From Callorhinchus milii (lineage: Eukaryota): a DNA stretch of 64,000 bases. Where the stretch lies: the NCBI RefSeq assembly GCF_018977255.1, contig NW_024704743.1, positions 12,526,001 to 12,590,000 on the forward strand. The letters run 5' to 3'. Below are positions 41,880 through 54,559 of the stretch, piece after piece. A program made the position numbers and the translations under genes. A model generated the notes under the pieces. That model saw only the letters and a list, made by a program, of their open reading frames with translations, was not told the origin of the DNA and made no database searches. The stretch's first letter is position 1; the number at the start of each line of letters is the position of its first letter.

Positions 41880-42532
41880 CTTCATCATCATCTCTCTTTC
41901 TGTCTGTCTCACTGTTTCCCTCAGTCTCTCTCTGTGTCTCCATCTCTGTCTCGTTCTGTCTTTCTCTCTCTTGTTCTGTCCCTCACATTTCTCTCTCCCT
42001 CTGTCTCTCGCTCTGTCTCTCTCATTTCTCTCTTACTCTCTCTCTGGCTCTCTGTTCCACTCTCTCTCTCTTTCTGGATCTACCTCTTTCTCTCTCTCTG
42101 AGTCTCACTGTATCCGCTCAGTCTCACTCTGTCTCCTCCCTCTTTCTGTGTGTTTCACTATCTTTCTCTTTCACTGTCTCTCTCTTCCTCTCTTCTCTCT
42201 GCCACTCTTTTCTCTCTCTATCTGTTTAGCTCTCTATCTCTTATTGTCTCTCTTTTACTATCTCTCTCTATCTCTCACTGTCTCTGCCTCTCTCCATCTC
42301 TCACTGTCTCTCTCTCACCGTCTCTCTCTGCCTATCTATCTCTCACTCTCTCTCTATATATATATCTTTCTCCCACTCCCTCTCTCTCTCTCTATGTCTC
42401 AATCTGTCTCTCTCTGTCTGTCTCTCTCTCTGTCTTACTCTCTCTCTTTCTGTCTGTCTCTGTCTCTTTCTATCTCTCACTGTCTCCCTATCTCTCACTC
42501 TCATTCACACTCTCTGTCTCTCTCTCTCTATC
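41880..42532. repeat. (CT)n-rich low-complexity pyrimidine tract directly upstream of CRYGN exon 2
   Basis: About 650 nt of degenerate CT repeats. Confidence 0.95.
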
Positions 42533-42534
42533 AG

Positions 42535-42783
42535 ATCGTTTTCTATGAGGGGAAATGCTTCACTGGTCGGAAGCTGGAGGTGTATGGTGACTGCGACAAC
42601 TTCCAGGACAAGGGTTTCATGAACAGAGTCAACTCCATCCGCGTGGAGAGCAGTGCCTGGATCTGCTATGATCACCCTGACTTCAAGGGCCAGCAGTACA
42701 TCCTGGAGCGGGGCGAGTACCCCGAGTTCCACCGCTGGAACGCTCACAACGACCACATGGGCTCCTGCAAGCCTGTGAGAATG
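42535..42783 (+). CDS. CRYGN: Gamma-N crystallin exon 2 (IVFYEGKCFTGRKLEV...HMGSCKPVRM; Greek keys 1-2)
   Basis: tatcag| and |gtaggt; 83 codons; beta/gamma-crystallin motifs. Confidence 0.97.
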
Positions 42784-43129
42784 GTAGGTCAGACCCTCCG
42801 GGGAGTGGGGGAGAGGGTTGTGATCTGTTGGTTGACACCATCCCCCAGAACGTTTCACACACAAAATACACAGTCGATCCACTTTACAGTATATTCTGTG
42901 AAGCGCTTTGAGACGTTACAACTAAGTGATAAGGTGCTATATCAAATGAAAGGATTATTATTTTATTCTCTCCCAGCCTGTTCTCTTCCTTCTCTCTCTA
43001 CTCTCTTCCATCTCTTCCTCTCCTTCCCTCCCTTCCTCTCCTCTCTCTCGCCTCACTTCCCTCTATTCCTCTCCTCCCTCTATTCTGCCTTCCTCTACTC
43101 CCTCTACTCTCCTTCCTATCTATGCCCCT

Positions 43130-43448
43130 TAATAATAATAATACTCCTTGCATTTGATATAGTGCTTTTCACGTCTTCTCGTCATTTCCAAGCTCTTCAC
43201 AGAATAAACTGTAAAGCGAATTGACTGTACATTTTCTGGGCGAAATGTGGCAGCCAATTGCGCACAGCAGTGTCCCACAATCAGTCGAGGATTGAAAGTG
43301 ACCAATTTATTATTGTTTTGTTTTGGAGGGATTATTATTAGGCGTATGGAGTAAGGAAACTTGCCCAAGGTTTCGCCCTCTGCCTGGAATTGAACTCAGG
43401 TGTCTCACTTGCAAGGCGAGTGCTCTAACCACTGAGCTACAGGACTCC
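43130..43448 (-). mobile_element. tRNA-derived DeuSINE copy in CRYGN intron 2
   Basis: Same head, core and tail as 27962-28281. Confidence 0.9.
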
Positions 43449-43702
43449 TTCCTCCCTCTCCTCCTTCCCTCCACTCCCGCCCCTACCTTACTCCCTTCCT
43501 CGTTCTGAAGTGCTCTGAGATGCTACCCCAGGTGAAAGGCACCATATAAATGCAAGCTGTTGTTGTTGTTCCCTCCTTCTATCTACCTCTCTGTCGCATC
43601 TGCTTAGTATGTCCTTAAATACTGCCTTAAACCCTCCCTCCTTGATCCGCACGAATGACTGATGCTGTGAACTCTCTCCTCTGACTCGTTTTCTGTCCCC
43701 AG

Positions 43703-43848
43703 CATGGCGAGCATTACAGAATAGAACTGTTTGACACCTGCAACTTCACTGGCCAATGCATGGAGTTCTGTGAGGACTGCCCATTCCTGCAGGGCAGAGG
43801 CTGGAATAAGACCTGTGTGAACTCCCTCAAGGTTTACGGCGATGGAGC
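43703..43848 (+). CDS. CRYGN: Gamma-N crystallin exon 3 (HGEHYRIELFDTCNFTGQCMEFCEDCPFLQGRGWNKTCVNSLKVYGDG; Greek key 3)
   Basis: tccccag| and |gtaagt; 146 nt. A C-terminal domain split over two exons is the gammaN beta/gamma hybrid gene structure. Confidence 0.96.
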
Positions 43849-43969
43849 GTAAGTACTGTATAGACAGCCATTTCTTGAACGAAAGAGCCACTTAAGTCAT
43901 TACTTGGGTTTTTGTAGAGATTGTAGGTCGGTGGGAGGGTAGTGGAAATCTGTAACTCACTCCACCAGA

Positions 43970-44061
43970 AGCAGTGTCTGGATTTTCTATGATCACCCTG
44001 AATTCAAGGGCCAGCAGTACATCTGGAGCAGGGCGAGTACCCCGAGTTCCACTGCTGGAAC
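43970..44061 (+). pseudogene. Partial copy of CRYGN exon 2 (42649-42741) inside intron 3
   Basis: 92 nt aligning to 93 nt of exon 2 with 6 substitutions and a 1-nt deletion; no splice sites. Confidence 0.93.
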
Positions 44062-46686
44062 TTGAGCAGAGAACCCAGCAGGACTTCAGCAGGGAGCCCA
44101 GCAGCGTGAGGAGGGAATTGAGTGAGGTGGAACAGAGTGAGAATCCTGTTAAGGAATTTGGTGAGAGTGGGAATTCAGTACAGAGGGGGAACGAGGTGCA
44201 TAATTATAAAATATGCTAAAATAATACAAAACATGTCTGAGAATATGGCAGGGTAGCTGAGACCGGATGCATGCACAATGTGTGTCATGTATGAACTCCA
44301 GGATGCTTTGTGTGCCCTGGACAGACACGTGTGTAGATAGTGCCTCTGGCTGCAAGAGCTTTAGTTCAGAGTTTCTGAGCTTGAGGAGAGGCTGGTGTCA
44401 TTCCATAACATACGGGAGGCTGAAAAGTACATGGATGAAATGTTTCAGGAGGTGGTCACCCCACAGCCACCTCTGGGGAGGGGAGTCAAAAACAAATGGA
44501 TGCACACGGGGACCCATGGAAGCATGTCAATGTGATTGTCAAGGGGACACAATGGTGAAAGGAGTAGATAGGCACTTCTGCAACCAAAGACGTGACTCTC
44601 GGATGGTATGTTGCCTCCCTGGGACCAGTTCTGGGGCAGGTGGGATCTGTACAAGGCGGATGGGTTACACATGAATAGGGCTGGGACCAATGTCCTTGCA
44701 GGGAGGTTAACTGGTGCTGTGGGAAAGGTTTACACTAATTTTGAGGCGGGAAGGGAATCAGGATGTAGCATTAGGGAGGACAAAAAAGTTACATAGAGGG
44801 CTGGGAGAGACGAATAGCAATGTAATAAGGAGTAATCCAGAAAAAGGAGGAACTAGACAGGGGAGAAATGCAGACAGGCTATGTCAGTCTTGGAGTGCAT
44901 GTGTGTAAATGCACGGAGTGTGACAAATAAGGTTCGTGAGTTGCAGGCTCAAGTTGTCATATGATGTAGTGGCAATAACAGAGGCTTGGCTCAAAGAAGG
45001 GCAGGAATGGGAGCTGAATATTCCTCGCTACAATGTATTCACTAGGGATAGGGAAGGAAAACAAGGAAGGGGGACTGGCAATATTGATTAAAAACACTGT
45101 TATGGCCCTGGAAAGGGACAATGTGCTAGATGGTCCCAAAACAGAATCTATTTGATTAGAGTTAAGGAGCAGAAAAGGAGCTGTTACTCTCTTATGTGTA
45201 TACTAAAGGCCACCAAATAGTGGGAAGGAGATAGACGAGGAAATCTGTAAGCAGATTTCAGAAAGATGTAAAACCAATAGAGCAGTGATAATGGGGGACT
45301 TCAATTATCCTAACATAGACTGGCAAAATAACAGTGTAAAGGCCAAGAGGGGGAAGGATTTCTGAAATATGTGCAGAATAACTTTCTGGATCAGTATGTT
45401 TCCAGCCCAACGGGAAGGAAGCAGTGTTGGATTTAGTTCTGGGGAATGAAGTGGGGCAAGTGGAGCAGGTTTCAGTATGAGAGCATCTGGACAACAGTGA
45501 TCACAACATCCATCATTAGGTTTAGAGTACTTATGGAAAGGGACAAGAAACAATCAAAGGTGAAGATACTCAACTGGAAGAGGGCTAATTCCAGTGAGTT
45601 AAAAAAAGAGCTAGCTAAGGTGGACTGGAAAGAAAGCTTAGCAGATTAAACAACTAATGAGCAATGGGAAACCTTCAAGGAGGAGATAGTTTAAGAACAG
45701 AACAAATACATTCCCACAATGGGGAAAGGTAGGGCATCCAAACCTCCCTGGATGAATAAGGAAATTCGGATTAAAATAAAACAGAAAAGGAGGCTTATGA
45801 TAAATGTCAGGTCCAAAATACAGAAGATAATCAAATAGAATACAGAACTGATAAAGGAAATAAAAGGGCCCCAAAGAGACAGTATGAGAAAAGATTAGCG
45901 GGTAACATAAAAGGGAACCCTAAGGTATTTTATAAACATATAAAGAATAAAAGGTTAATCAAAGGTAGGGTGGGTCCAATTAGGGGACAAAGAGGAAATC
46001 TTCTTGTGGAGGCAGAGGGCATGTGTTAAAAAAAAAAGTGTACAGGACTCTTGGCTTTGTAAATAGGGGCATAGAATACAAAAGTCAAGAAGTTATCATA
46101 AACCTTTATAAAACACTGATTAGGCTTCACTAGAGTGCTGTCTTCAGTTCTGGACACCACACTTTAGGAAGGATGTCAAGGCATTGGAGAAGGTGCAAAG
46201 GAGATTTACCAGGATGGTACCTGAGATGAGGGACTTCAGTTATCAGGAGAGGCTGGAGAAGCGAGGATTATTCTCCTTGGAGCAGAGAAGGTTAAGAGGA
46301 GACTTGCTAGAGGTTTTCAAAATTATGAGGGGATTTGATATGGTGAACAAGGAGAAACTATTTCCACTGGCGATTGGGTAGGTAACCCAAGGACACCGAT
46401 TTAAAATAGTTGTTAAAAGAAACAGAGGGGAGGTGAGAAGAATTTTTTTTACACAGCGAGTTGTTGGGATGTGGAATGCGGTGCCTGGGTGGTGGAAGCC
46501 GATTCGATAACAGTTTTTACGAGAGAAGTAGATAATTATTTGGGGAGGACAAGTTTGCAGGGCTATGGGGAGAGAGAGGGGGAGTGGGATTGAATTCGAT
46601 AGCTCTTTTCAAAGAGCCGGCACAGACACTATGGGCTCAATGGCCTCCTTCTGTGCTGTATAATTGTTTGATACTATGATTCTATG
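44062..46686 (+). mobile_element. Internally deleted CR1 with 5' UTR, ORF1 (zinc finger, coiled coil, esterase remnants), ORF2 endonuclease and 3' end, in CRYGN intron 3
   Basis: ORF1 CTMC..VCR*C and RVSELEERL; GDTMVKG, DGLHMNRAG; ORF2 NARSVTNK, YDVVAITEAWL; most of RT deleted near 46020; ctatgattctatga tail. Confidence 0.88.
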
Positions 46687-47035
46687 AAACGTCTGCGATG
46701 CCGGGTCAATAGAAATTTTCAAGACATGATCTGACAGAATGGCAGAGCAGGCTCAAGGGCCGAATAACCTATATTCCTATTTTAGGAGGAAAGTGCCCTG
46801 TGTCAGTTTGGCTCAGCTGATAGCAGCACTGCATCCCACCTACACATGGAAATTCCAGACATAGATTGTTGGAATGGAATGTGCACTCTCTCCATGGAGG
46901 AAAGCATCCTGCTTGCCTAATTCCAAAATGTATTAGGCATAGGTTAGCAAAAAAAGATGGTTCATGGTAATCAATAATAAAGATGAATATTTTCCTTTTA
47001 TTCCTCTACCCTCCCCCAACCCTTCCAATCCACAG

Positions 47036-47171
47036 CTGGGTTCTGTATGAAGAGCCAAACTATCGCGGCAGAATGTACATCGTGGAGAGAGGATACTATC
47101 ATTCCCACTCGGTGTGGCAGAGCCAAAGTGCCAACATCCAGTCCATTCGCAGAGTGGTCAATTACTTCTAG
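47036..47171 (+). CDS. CRYGN: Gamma-N crystallin exon 4 (WVLYEEPNYRGRMYIVERG...IQSIRRVVNYF*; Greek key 4)
   Basis: ccacag| acceptor, phase matches exon 3 (GC|C Ala), TAG stop; joined ORF is 183 aa. Confidence 0.96.
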
Positions 47172-47230
47172 TGAGATAGACAAAGAGAATCATCTCATCC
47201 CTCCTGCCGAAATCAAACTTGAACCTTCAA

Positions 47231-47240
47231 AATAAATAAA
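47231..47240 (+). terminator. CRYGN polyadenylation signal (overlapping AATAAATAAA)
   Basis: 60 nt after the stop codon. Confidence 0.7.
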
Positions 47241-47336
47241 ACATAACAGCATGTTTTGAAAAAGAGAATATCGCCCCAGTTTGTGAGTGTGTCGTTTCAT
47301 ATTCAAATCACCAATACAATACAATTCACATTTATA

Positions 47337-47950
47337 CAACAATAACAGTAAATTGCATTCACATCAAGAGGATGTCCCAAGGTGCTGGACAATGAGGGGT
47401 TTGCATCTGAGCTGTGGGTTGGGATCAGCGAGGGGTGGTTGGCAGTGGGGTGGTGGTGGTGGAGGGGGGAAATTGACCAAAGGTACAGTCGAAAATGAAG
47501 GGCTGGAGACATGCCTTGAAGGAGCCAAGGGAGGGGATGAGGCTGAGGGGCTCCAGGATGGAGATCCAGAAGGTGGCGGCAGAAAGGCTGAAGGCCCAAC
47601 CACTGATTGTGGAGCAGGCAGTGGAGGACATGAGGCAGGGCAGTGCCTGAAGAGCAGAAGAAGCGGACAGATTGGTGAAGTTTTAATAAGTTGCAGAGAT
47701 AGGCACAAGCTAGCCCGTGGAAGGATTTAAATGTGAGGATGAGGATCTTGAACTCGATCCTCTGGGGATGGGGAGCCATTGAAGCTGGGCAAGGATGGGG
47801 GTGATTGGTTCACAAAGTTTGGTGCTTGAGGCCATGAGCTGCAGAGTTCTAAATAATCTGCAATTTGTGGATGAAAGAGTTGGGACGTACAGCAAATGGG
47901 GAGATAGCATAGTCAAGTCTGTAGGTAATGAAAGCATAAATGAGGGTTTC
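47337..47950 (-). mobile_element. L2 3' fragment
   Basis: PQRIEFKILILTFKSFHGLA; L2 tail. Confidence 0.82.
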
Positions 47951-48479
47951 AGCAGTCGTTCACATTGGGAGGACGTCTCAAAGCACTCAATTATGCTAAG
48001 CCAAGGTCCTCTCGCTGCCCTGAAGGCAGATGTGTGTCAAATAGCCGACATTGAAACTCTGAGGCTAGGGAGGACAACTGGTGGAAGGGGCTACCTGGAA
48101 TCTGGGTTTGTGAACACAAGGCCATATGAACAGGGCTTGGAATCCACCTTGATTGGTGCACAACAGCTGTTGTTCAAGCTCAGCTTGAGCTCCTGCTTCT
48201 CAGGGAGAGAGGACGTATTCCATTACAGACATGTTTCTTTCAGCCACTGCACCCCAAATTTCTGGTACTTCCTACCTCCATCCTTCCATATTGCCCCTTC
48301 TTTGGCCATCTTGAAATCGCACCTGAAGACCTTCCTTTTCACCCGTGCCATTGGTTACCTCCCCTCTCTTTCCTGTTTGGCATCAAGCCGTGCTGCTGTT
48401 AAACGCTCTGAGACGTGATATAAATGCAAGTTGTTGTTGTTGACACAGGGACATTTTCATGTGACAGTTATATTTCCTT

Positions 48480-49951
48480 GCATCCTCAAAAAACTTCCTT
48501 GGACCCATCCCTGCTCTCAAATTACCACCCCATCTCCAACCTCCCTTTCCTTTCCAAGGTCCTTGAATGAGTTGTTGCTTCCCAGCTATGCTCCTTCCTC
48601 TCCTACCACCTCCTATACAAACCCCTCCAATTGTCACCAAAATGCTGCCTACAGCACAGAAACAGCCTTGGTCAAAGTGACAAATGACTTACTGTCCATC
48701 TATGACCAGGGCTCCCTCTGTCTTGTCCTCCTCCTCCTTGACCTCTCTGCTTTCTTTGATACAATTGACCATTCTATCCCACTCCACCACCTCTCCTCTC
48801 ACCTCAACCTTCGTGGTTCTGCCCTTGAATGGTTCAGATCCTATCTCTCACACTGACTCCACTTTGTCCCCACAAACAGTTGCTCCTCCAATCCCCGCAC
48901 CACCTCGTACAGTGTTCCTCAGAGCTCTGTCTTTGGTCCTCTCCACTTCAACTTGGTCAACTTCCACATGTATGCGGATGACTCCCAACTCTATCTCTCT
49001 GCCTTCATCCACAACTTCAGTACTACTGCTGTCCTGACAGACTGTCTGTCAGATATCAAGCCCTGGATGAGAGCCAATATTCTACTGTTGAACGTCAACA
49101 AGACCAAGGCTCGCCTGATTGGCTCCAGTCAGCGCCTCCTCACTTCAGGCGCTGACAGCATCACCATCCATGGTTGCACACTCCACCTCACTGAGCCAGT
49201 CTGGAACCTTGGCAACCTGTTCGATCTTAAACTGTCCTTGATCCCCCACAACCGTGCCATGACCTGCTCCGCCTTTCCCCACTTCCACAATATCGCCCGG
49301 CTCCGCCACTTCCTCTCATCACAGGCTGTCGAGACCCTCATCCACACATTCATCACATCCAGGCCCGACTACACAAACTCCCTGCTTGTCGGCCTCCCAA
49401 ACGCTTCCCTCCTCTGGCTGCAGATCATCCAGAACTCTGCAGCTCGTATCCTCTCCCATACCAGGCTCCACGACTCTATCACCCCAATCCTCAACCAGCT
49501 CCACTGGCTCCCCAGCACTCAGAAGATACAGTTCAATATCCTGGTCCTCACCTTCAAAGCCCTCCATTCCCTTGCTCCTCCCTACCTCTGTGACCTCCTA
49601 ACACCCTACCAACCTATTCGCTCCCTTCTCTTAGCGGGCTCCAGCCTGATTCACGGCCCCGCCTCGCCTGCCCCACCATTGATGGGCGTGCCTTCAGCTT
49701 CTCTGTTCCCACCTCCTGGAATCCCAACCCACATTCGCTCTGCCTCGCCCCCTTCCCTGCCTCCTTCAAGACCCGTCTCAAGACTCTCCTCTTCAACTGT
49801 GCCTTTGGTCATTCTCCTACACCTATCCTCCTTGCCCTCCACCCCTCTTGATCCCAAGCACCAGCTTGGGTGGGGATCCCTGACTGTCCAGCGCCTTGGG
49901 ATCTCCTCCTGATGTGAAAGGCGTTTTACAAATATAATCTGTTGTTGTTGT
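48480..49951 (+). mobile_element. L2 LINE RT fragment with 3' tail
   Basis: [28 protein letters not shown]; (TTG)n end. Confidence 0.9.
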
Positions 49952-51060
49952 ATCTCCCTTGTTGTATCTCCCTTCTGGTTTCTGAATGGAATAGATTTTT
50001 GTTTGCTAATGTTCTGATGAAGGTTTCCTCTTATTTAGTCTCTTCTTTTATTTTCCTCGCTCCCTTTTTCCTTCCTTCTCTTTTCCCGTCTTGGAAACTT
50101 CTTCTTCTATCTTCTTCCTCTCCCATTACTGCAGCAGACCATAAGTAATCAGGCTGTGTCAGAGAACAAAGATAAAAGAGGTTGATGATCTGTCAAAATG
50201 TTTTTTGCCTTGTGATGATGCCGATTGAAGTCAATTTAATGTTAGTTGACTGTAAATTACAGAATGAGTGCACGATGGAGAAGCCAATGAAAGGCAACTA
50301 AATTGGGTGGAAGCATTTCAGTTTTTTGACTGGTTATTAAATGAGGACTTGAAAATTATTGATGATAAGGCAACCTTTCTAATCTAGGTAGGAAGTTGTG
50401 ACTGAATTTAAATGTTTACCAGAAACTAATTGAGAAATATTCTGGCCTTAATCTCAGTTATTCATAACTAATTTGTTTTGTCTAAATTCTTACAATAACA
50501 CGCAGAGGTAAATAGGCTGATACCTAATATTTGTGCTTTTATCAAATAAGGTCACACAAGAATGGCAGAGTAAAATATTGCAAAAACAATCAATTTCTGC
50601 ATTAATGAAAGTGAAACACACAACATTATTCAGTGGCCTCATAATTATACAATAATAACTCTTGCATTTGATATTGTGCCTATCACTTTGTTGAGATATC
50701 TCAAATGTTTCACAGAATATATTGTAAAGTGAATTAACTGTGTATTTTGTGGGCAAAACACGGCAACTAATTACTCACAGCACTGTCGCACAAACAGTTG
50801 TAGATTGAGTGATCAAATGTATTTATTTATTTTAGGGATTATTACCCCCTACTAACAACTGGGTTCCTACTTACTGCTAGGTAAACAGATGCTTGTGGAG
50901 TAAGCAAACTTGCCAAAGGTTTTGCTCCGCCTGGGAATCCAATTATTTGCCAACCACGATGCTACGGTCCTCTACAAAGTGGAGTCATCACGGCAAAAGT
51001 GCATACATTATGTCTTTCAATGCAATAACTTTTGTCTCAATACAAACACCCCATTCTCCT

Positions 51061-52690
51061 TGCTTTGTGTGCCCTGGACAGACACGTGTGCCTCAGATAG
51101 TGCCTCTGGCTGCAAGAGCTTTAGTTCAGAGTTTCTGAGCTTGAGGAGAGGCTGGTGTCATTCCATAACATACGGGAAGCTGAAAAGTACATGGATCAAA
51201 TGTTTCAGGAGGTGGTCACCCCACAGCCACCTCTGGGGAGGGGAGTCAAAAGCAAATAGATGCACACGGGGACCCATGGAAGCATGTCAATGTGATTGTC
51301 AAGGGGACACAATGGTGAAAGGAGTAGATAGGCACTTCTGCAACCAAAGACGTGACTCTCGGATGGTATGTTGCCTCCCTGGGACCAGTTCTGGGGCAGG
51401 TGGGATCTGTACAAGGCGGATGGGTTACACATGAATAGGGCTGGGACCAATGTCCTCCCGTGGAGGTTAACTAGTGCTGTGGGGAAAAGTTTAAACTAAT
51501 TTTCAGGGGGGAAGGGTATCAGGATGTAGTATTAGAGAGGACAAACAAGTTACATAGAGGTCTGGGAGAGACAAATAGCAATGTAATAAGGAGCGAATAG
51601 ACGGGGGAGAAATGCAAAACATACTAAGTTGGTCTTGGAGTGCATGTGCGTAAATGCACGGAGTGTGACGAATAAGGTTGGTGAGCTGCAGGCTCAAGTT
51701 GCCACATGGGGTTATGATGTAGTGGCGATAACAGAGATCTGGCTCAAACAAAGGCAGGAATGAGAGCTGAATAATTCCGGCTACAATGTATTCAGGAGGG
51801 ATAGGGAAGGAAAAAAAGGAAGGGGGTGGGTAGCAATATTGATTAAAGACATGTTACGGCCCTGGAAAGGGACGATGTGCCAGAGGGTCCAAAAACAGAA
51901 TCGACATTAGAATACATTAGAATATACAGCACAGCAACAGGCCATTCGGCACAACTGGTCTATGCCGGTGTTTATGCTCCACATGAGCATCCTCCTGCCC
52001 TTCCTCAACTAAGCCTTCAAGCATAACCTTCTCTTCCTTTCTCCCTCATGTACCTATCTAGCTTTTCCTTATGCTATTTGCCTCAACAACTCCTTGTGGT
52101 ACCACGTTCCCACTACTCTCTATGTGAAGAAATTTCTTCTAACTTCCCTATTTGATCTATTTGTGGTTATTTTATATTGATGGCCCCTGGTTTTAGTCTC
52201 CCCCACAAGTGGAAATATCTTCCCTACGTCTCAAAACTTTTCATCATTTTAAAGACCTCTATCAGGTCACCCCTTACCCTCCTCTTTTCAAGAAGAGTCC
52301 AAGCATGTTCAGCCTTTCCTGATAGGTATAACCTTTCAGTTCTGGGATCGTCCTTGTGAATCTCCTTTGCACCCTCTCCAGTGCCTCTGCATCCCTTCTA
52401 TAATGTGGGGACCAGAACTGCACACAGTATTCTAAGTGTGGTCTAAACAAGGTTCAATAGAAGTTTACCATAACTTCCCTGCTTTTCATTTCTATCCCTC
52501 TAGAAATTAACCCCAATGCCTGGTTTGCTTTTTTTATGGCCTTATTAACCTGTGTTGCTACATTTAGTGAATTGTGTATGTGTACACCTAGATCCTTTTG
52601 CTCCTCTACCCCATGTAGGTTTTTATTTTTCAGGATGTATGTAACCAATTCTATCTGGTTAGAGTTAAGGAACAGAAAAGGAGCTGTTTC
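51061..52690 (+). mobile_element. Second copy of the deleted CR1 ORF1/endonuclease region, with an antisense CR1 3' fragment nested at about 51905-52645
   Basis: 51061-51902 is near-identical to 44304-45148; collinear sequence resumes at 52649-52690. Confidence 0.85.
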
Positions 52691-54559
52691 CTCCAAATCA
52701 GTTGTCTTAAAGGAATCCCGCTGATCTGAAATGTTGTAGATCTTAGAATCATAGAAATTATATCCATTCAGTTCGTCAAACCTATATTGCTGCTGAATTC
52801 TCCAACTGAGTTATGTAATCCCAATTCCTTCCTCTTTTCCCATATCCTTTTATGTTATTCCTCTTCAACTGTCTAGAAGACATGAAAAGCGCTATATCAA
52901 ATGCAAGGATTATTTAAGTTATTATATCCATTTTTGTTTAAATGCTGTATATTAGCTCCATGTTCTAATAACTGTCTGCATGAAATTGCTCCTTCTAGTC
53001 TCCCCCTTAACTCTTCAGTGAAGCTCCCGAATTGATGACCCCTTGTTAGTGACTTGTTAATGTGACCTTGAACACTCCAGAAAAAAATCTGATTCACAAG
53101 TAAAAGCAAGACTTGCATACTACAAACCCAGTAATGTCAGTAATTAAAGCACATCAATTTAAGATAATTAGCACAGGTCAGAGGGAGAGATTGTTAGGAT
53201 ATTTAATACCAAGTTGAGTGTGGTAGCCAAAGCAAAATGCAAATTAGCTTTGAAGAGGGAATTAAATAAATACTGTATCTAAAAATAAGTATTTTTCAGG
53301 GTTATGGGGAAAGCACAAATACATGGGACTGAATAGGTTGCTCTTTCCCTTTTGATATTAGAGATCCCTCGCTTATTCCATACGTGCAAAATTATGCCCG
53401 AAACAACTCGCATTTATATAACACCCTTCACATGGGGTAGAGTCCTGGTGCGCTTTACAGTCTGATACCGAGTCAGGGGGAGAGGGATGGGGTTGGTGCC
53501 CATTAGCACGATCAAAAAGGAAGGTCTTTAGGCTGGATTTGAAGATGGGGAGGAAGGGGATAAGGCGGAGGGATTGAGGGAGAGAGTTTGCAGCTCAGTG
53601 TCCGGGTGGCGGAGTTTTGGATTAGTTGAATTTTGTGTGTGGGAGAACTGGGGAGACCATTGAGGAGGGCTTTGAAACAGTCCAGCTGGGAAGTAAGAAA
53701 GGCTTGGATGATCATTTCGGCATCATGCTGGAACTCCCTGCCTCAATTCATCCATCTTGTCTCCTCTTTGCCTGTTTTCAAACCCCAACTGAGGACTTTC
53801 CTCTTCGACCGTGACTTTGGTCACCTCCCCACCCCCCACCCCCAAACCGCTTTCCAACTCAGTGTCAAGGAGTTGACACTGCTGTTAAGCACTCTGAGAT
53901 GTTACCCATGTGAAGGGTGCTATATAAATGCAAGTTGTGTTGCCTTTTGAAACCTCTCTCTCTCTCTCTCCATCTTAGACCCTTTCTCCAGATAAAACTA
54001 CCCCAAAAATATCCTGAATCAGGATTCGCTGCCCATTTCATCATAAGTAGAAATTAATCCGGTATGCAAAATAAATGATCAATTATGTGAAGTATATTTG
54101 GACTCACAAAATTCACTGAATTATGTTTCACCCACAAAATATACAGTCAATCCACTTTATAATATATTGTGTGAAGTGCTTTGAGACCTCTCAATGATGT
54201 GATAAGATGCTATATCAAATGCAAGGCTTATTATATTAAGTACCAGAGGGCTGCCAGCACATGGAACTGCATCCAAGCAAGAGTGAGAAAAATGGGAACA
54301 AACAGGATATGTTCCATCAATTCATTGTTTTGACACTAATGTTTGCAAGCAGTTTTTGAACAAAACAGGCTAGAACCTTGTTCGGTGCAAAATATTTGCT
54401 TAGTGCACAGGCTGAGTGAGCACTTAGTGTTGTGATATGTTTATCTGCTGCTGGAGTCAAAATGCTACAGTATGTACTAATCTGAGTGCACTGCTAATGT
54501 ACATTCACTCTTGGTCAGATAAAGCCAGACTCTGTTATGAAGCAGAAATATAGTACATA

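Noticed and set aside
41815..43224. 469-aa Ser/Leu-rich membrane-like protein fused to a crystallin domain
   Set aside because: Read-through of SINE tail, CT tract, CRYGN exon 2 and intron; canonical splice sites delimit the real exon.
43970..44061. Alternative or additional CRYGN exon
   Set aside because: Frameshifted, partial, and without flanking acceptor or donor.
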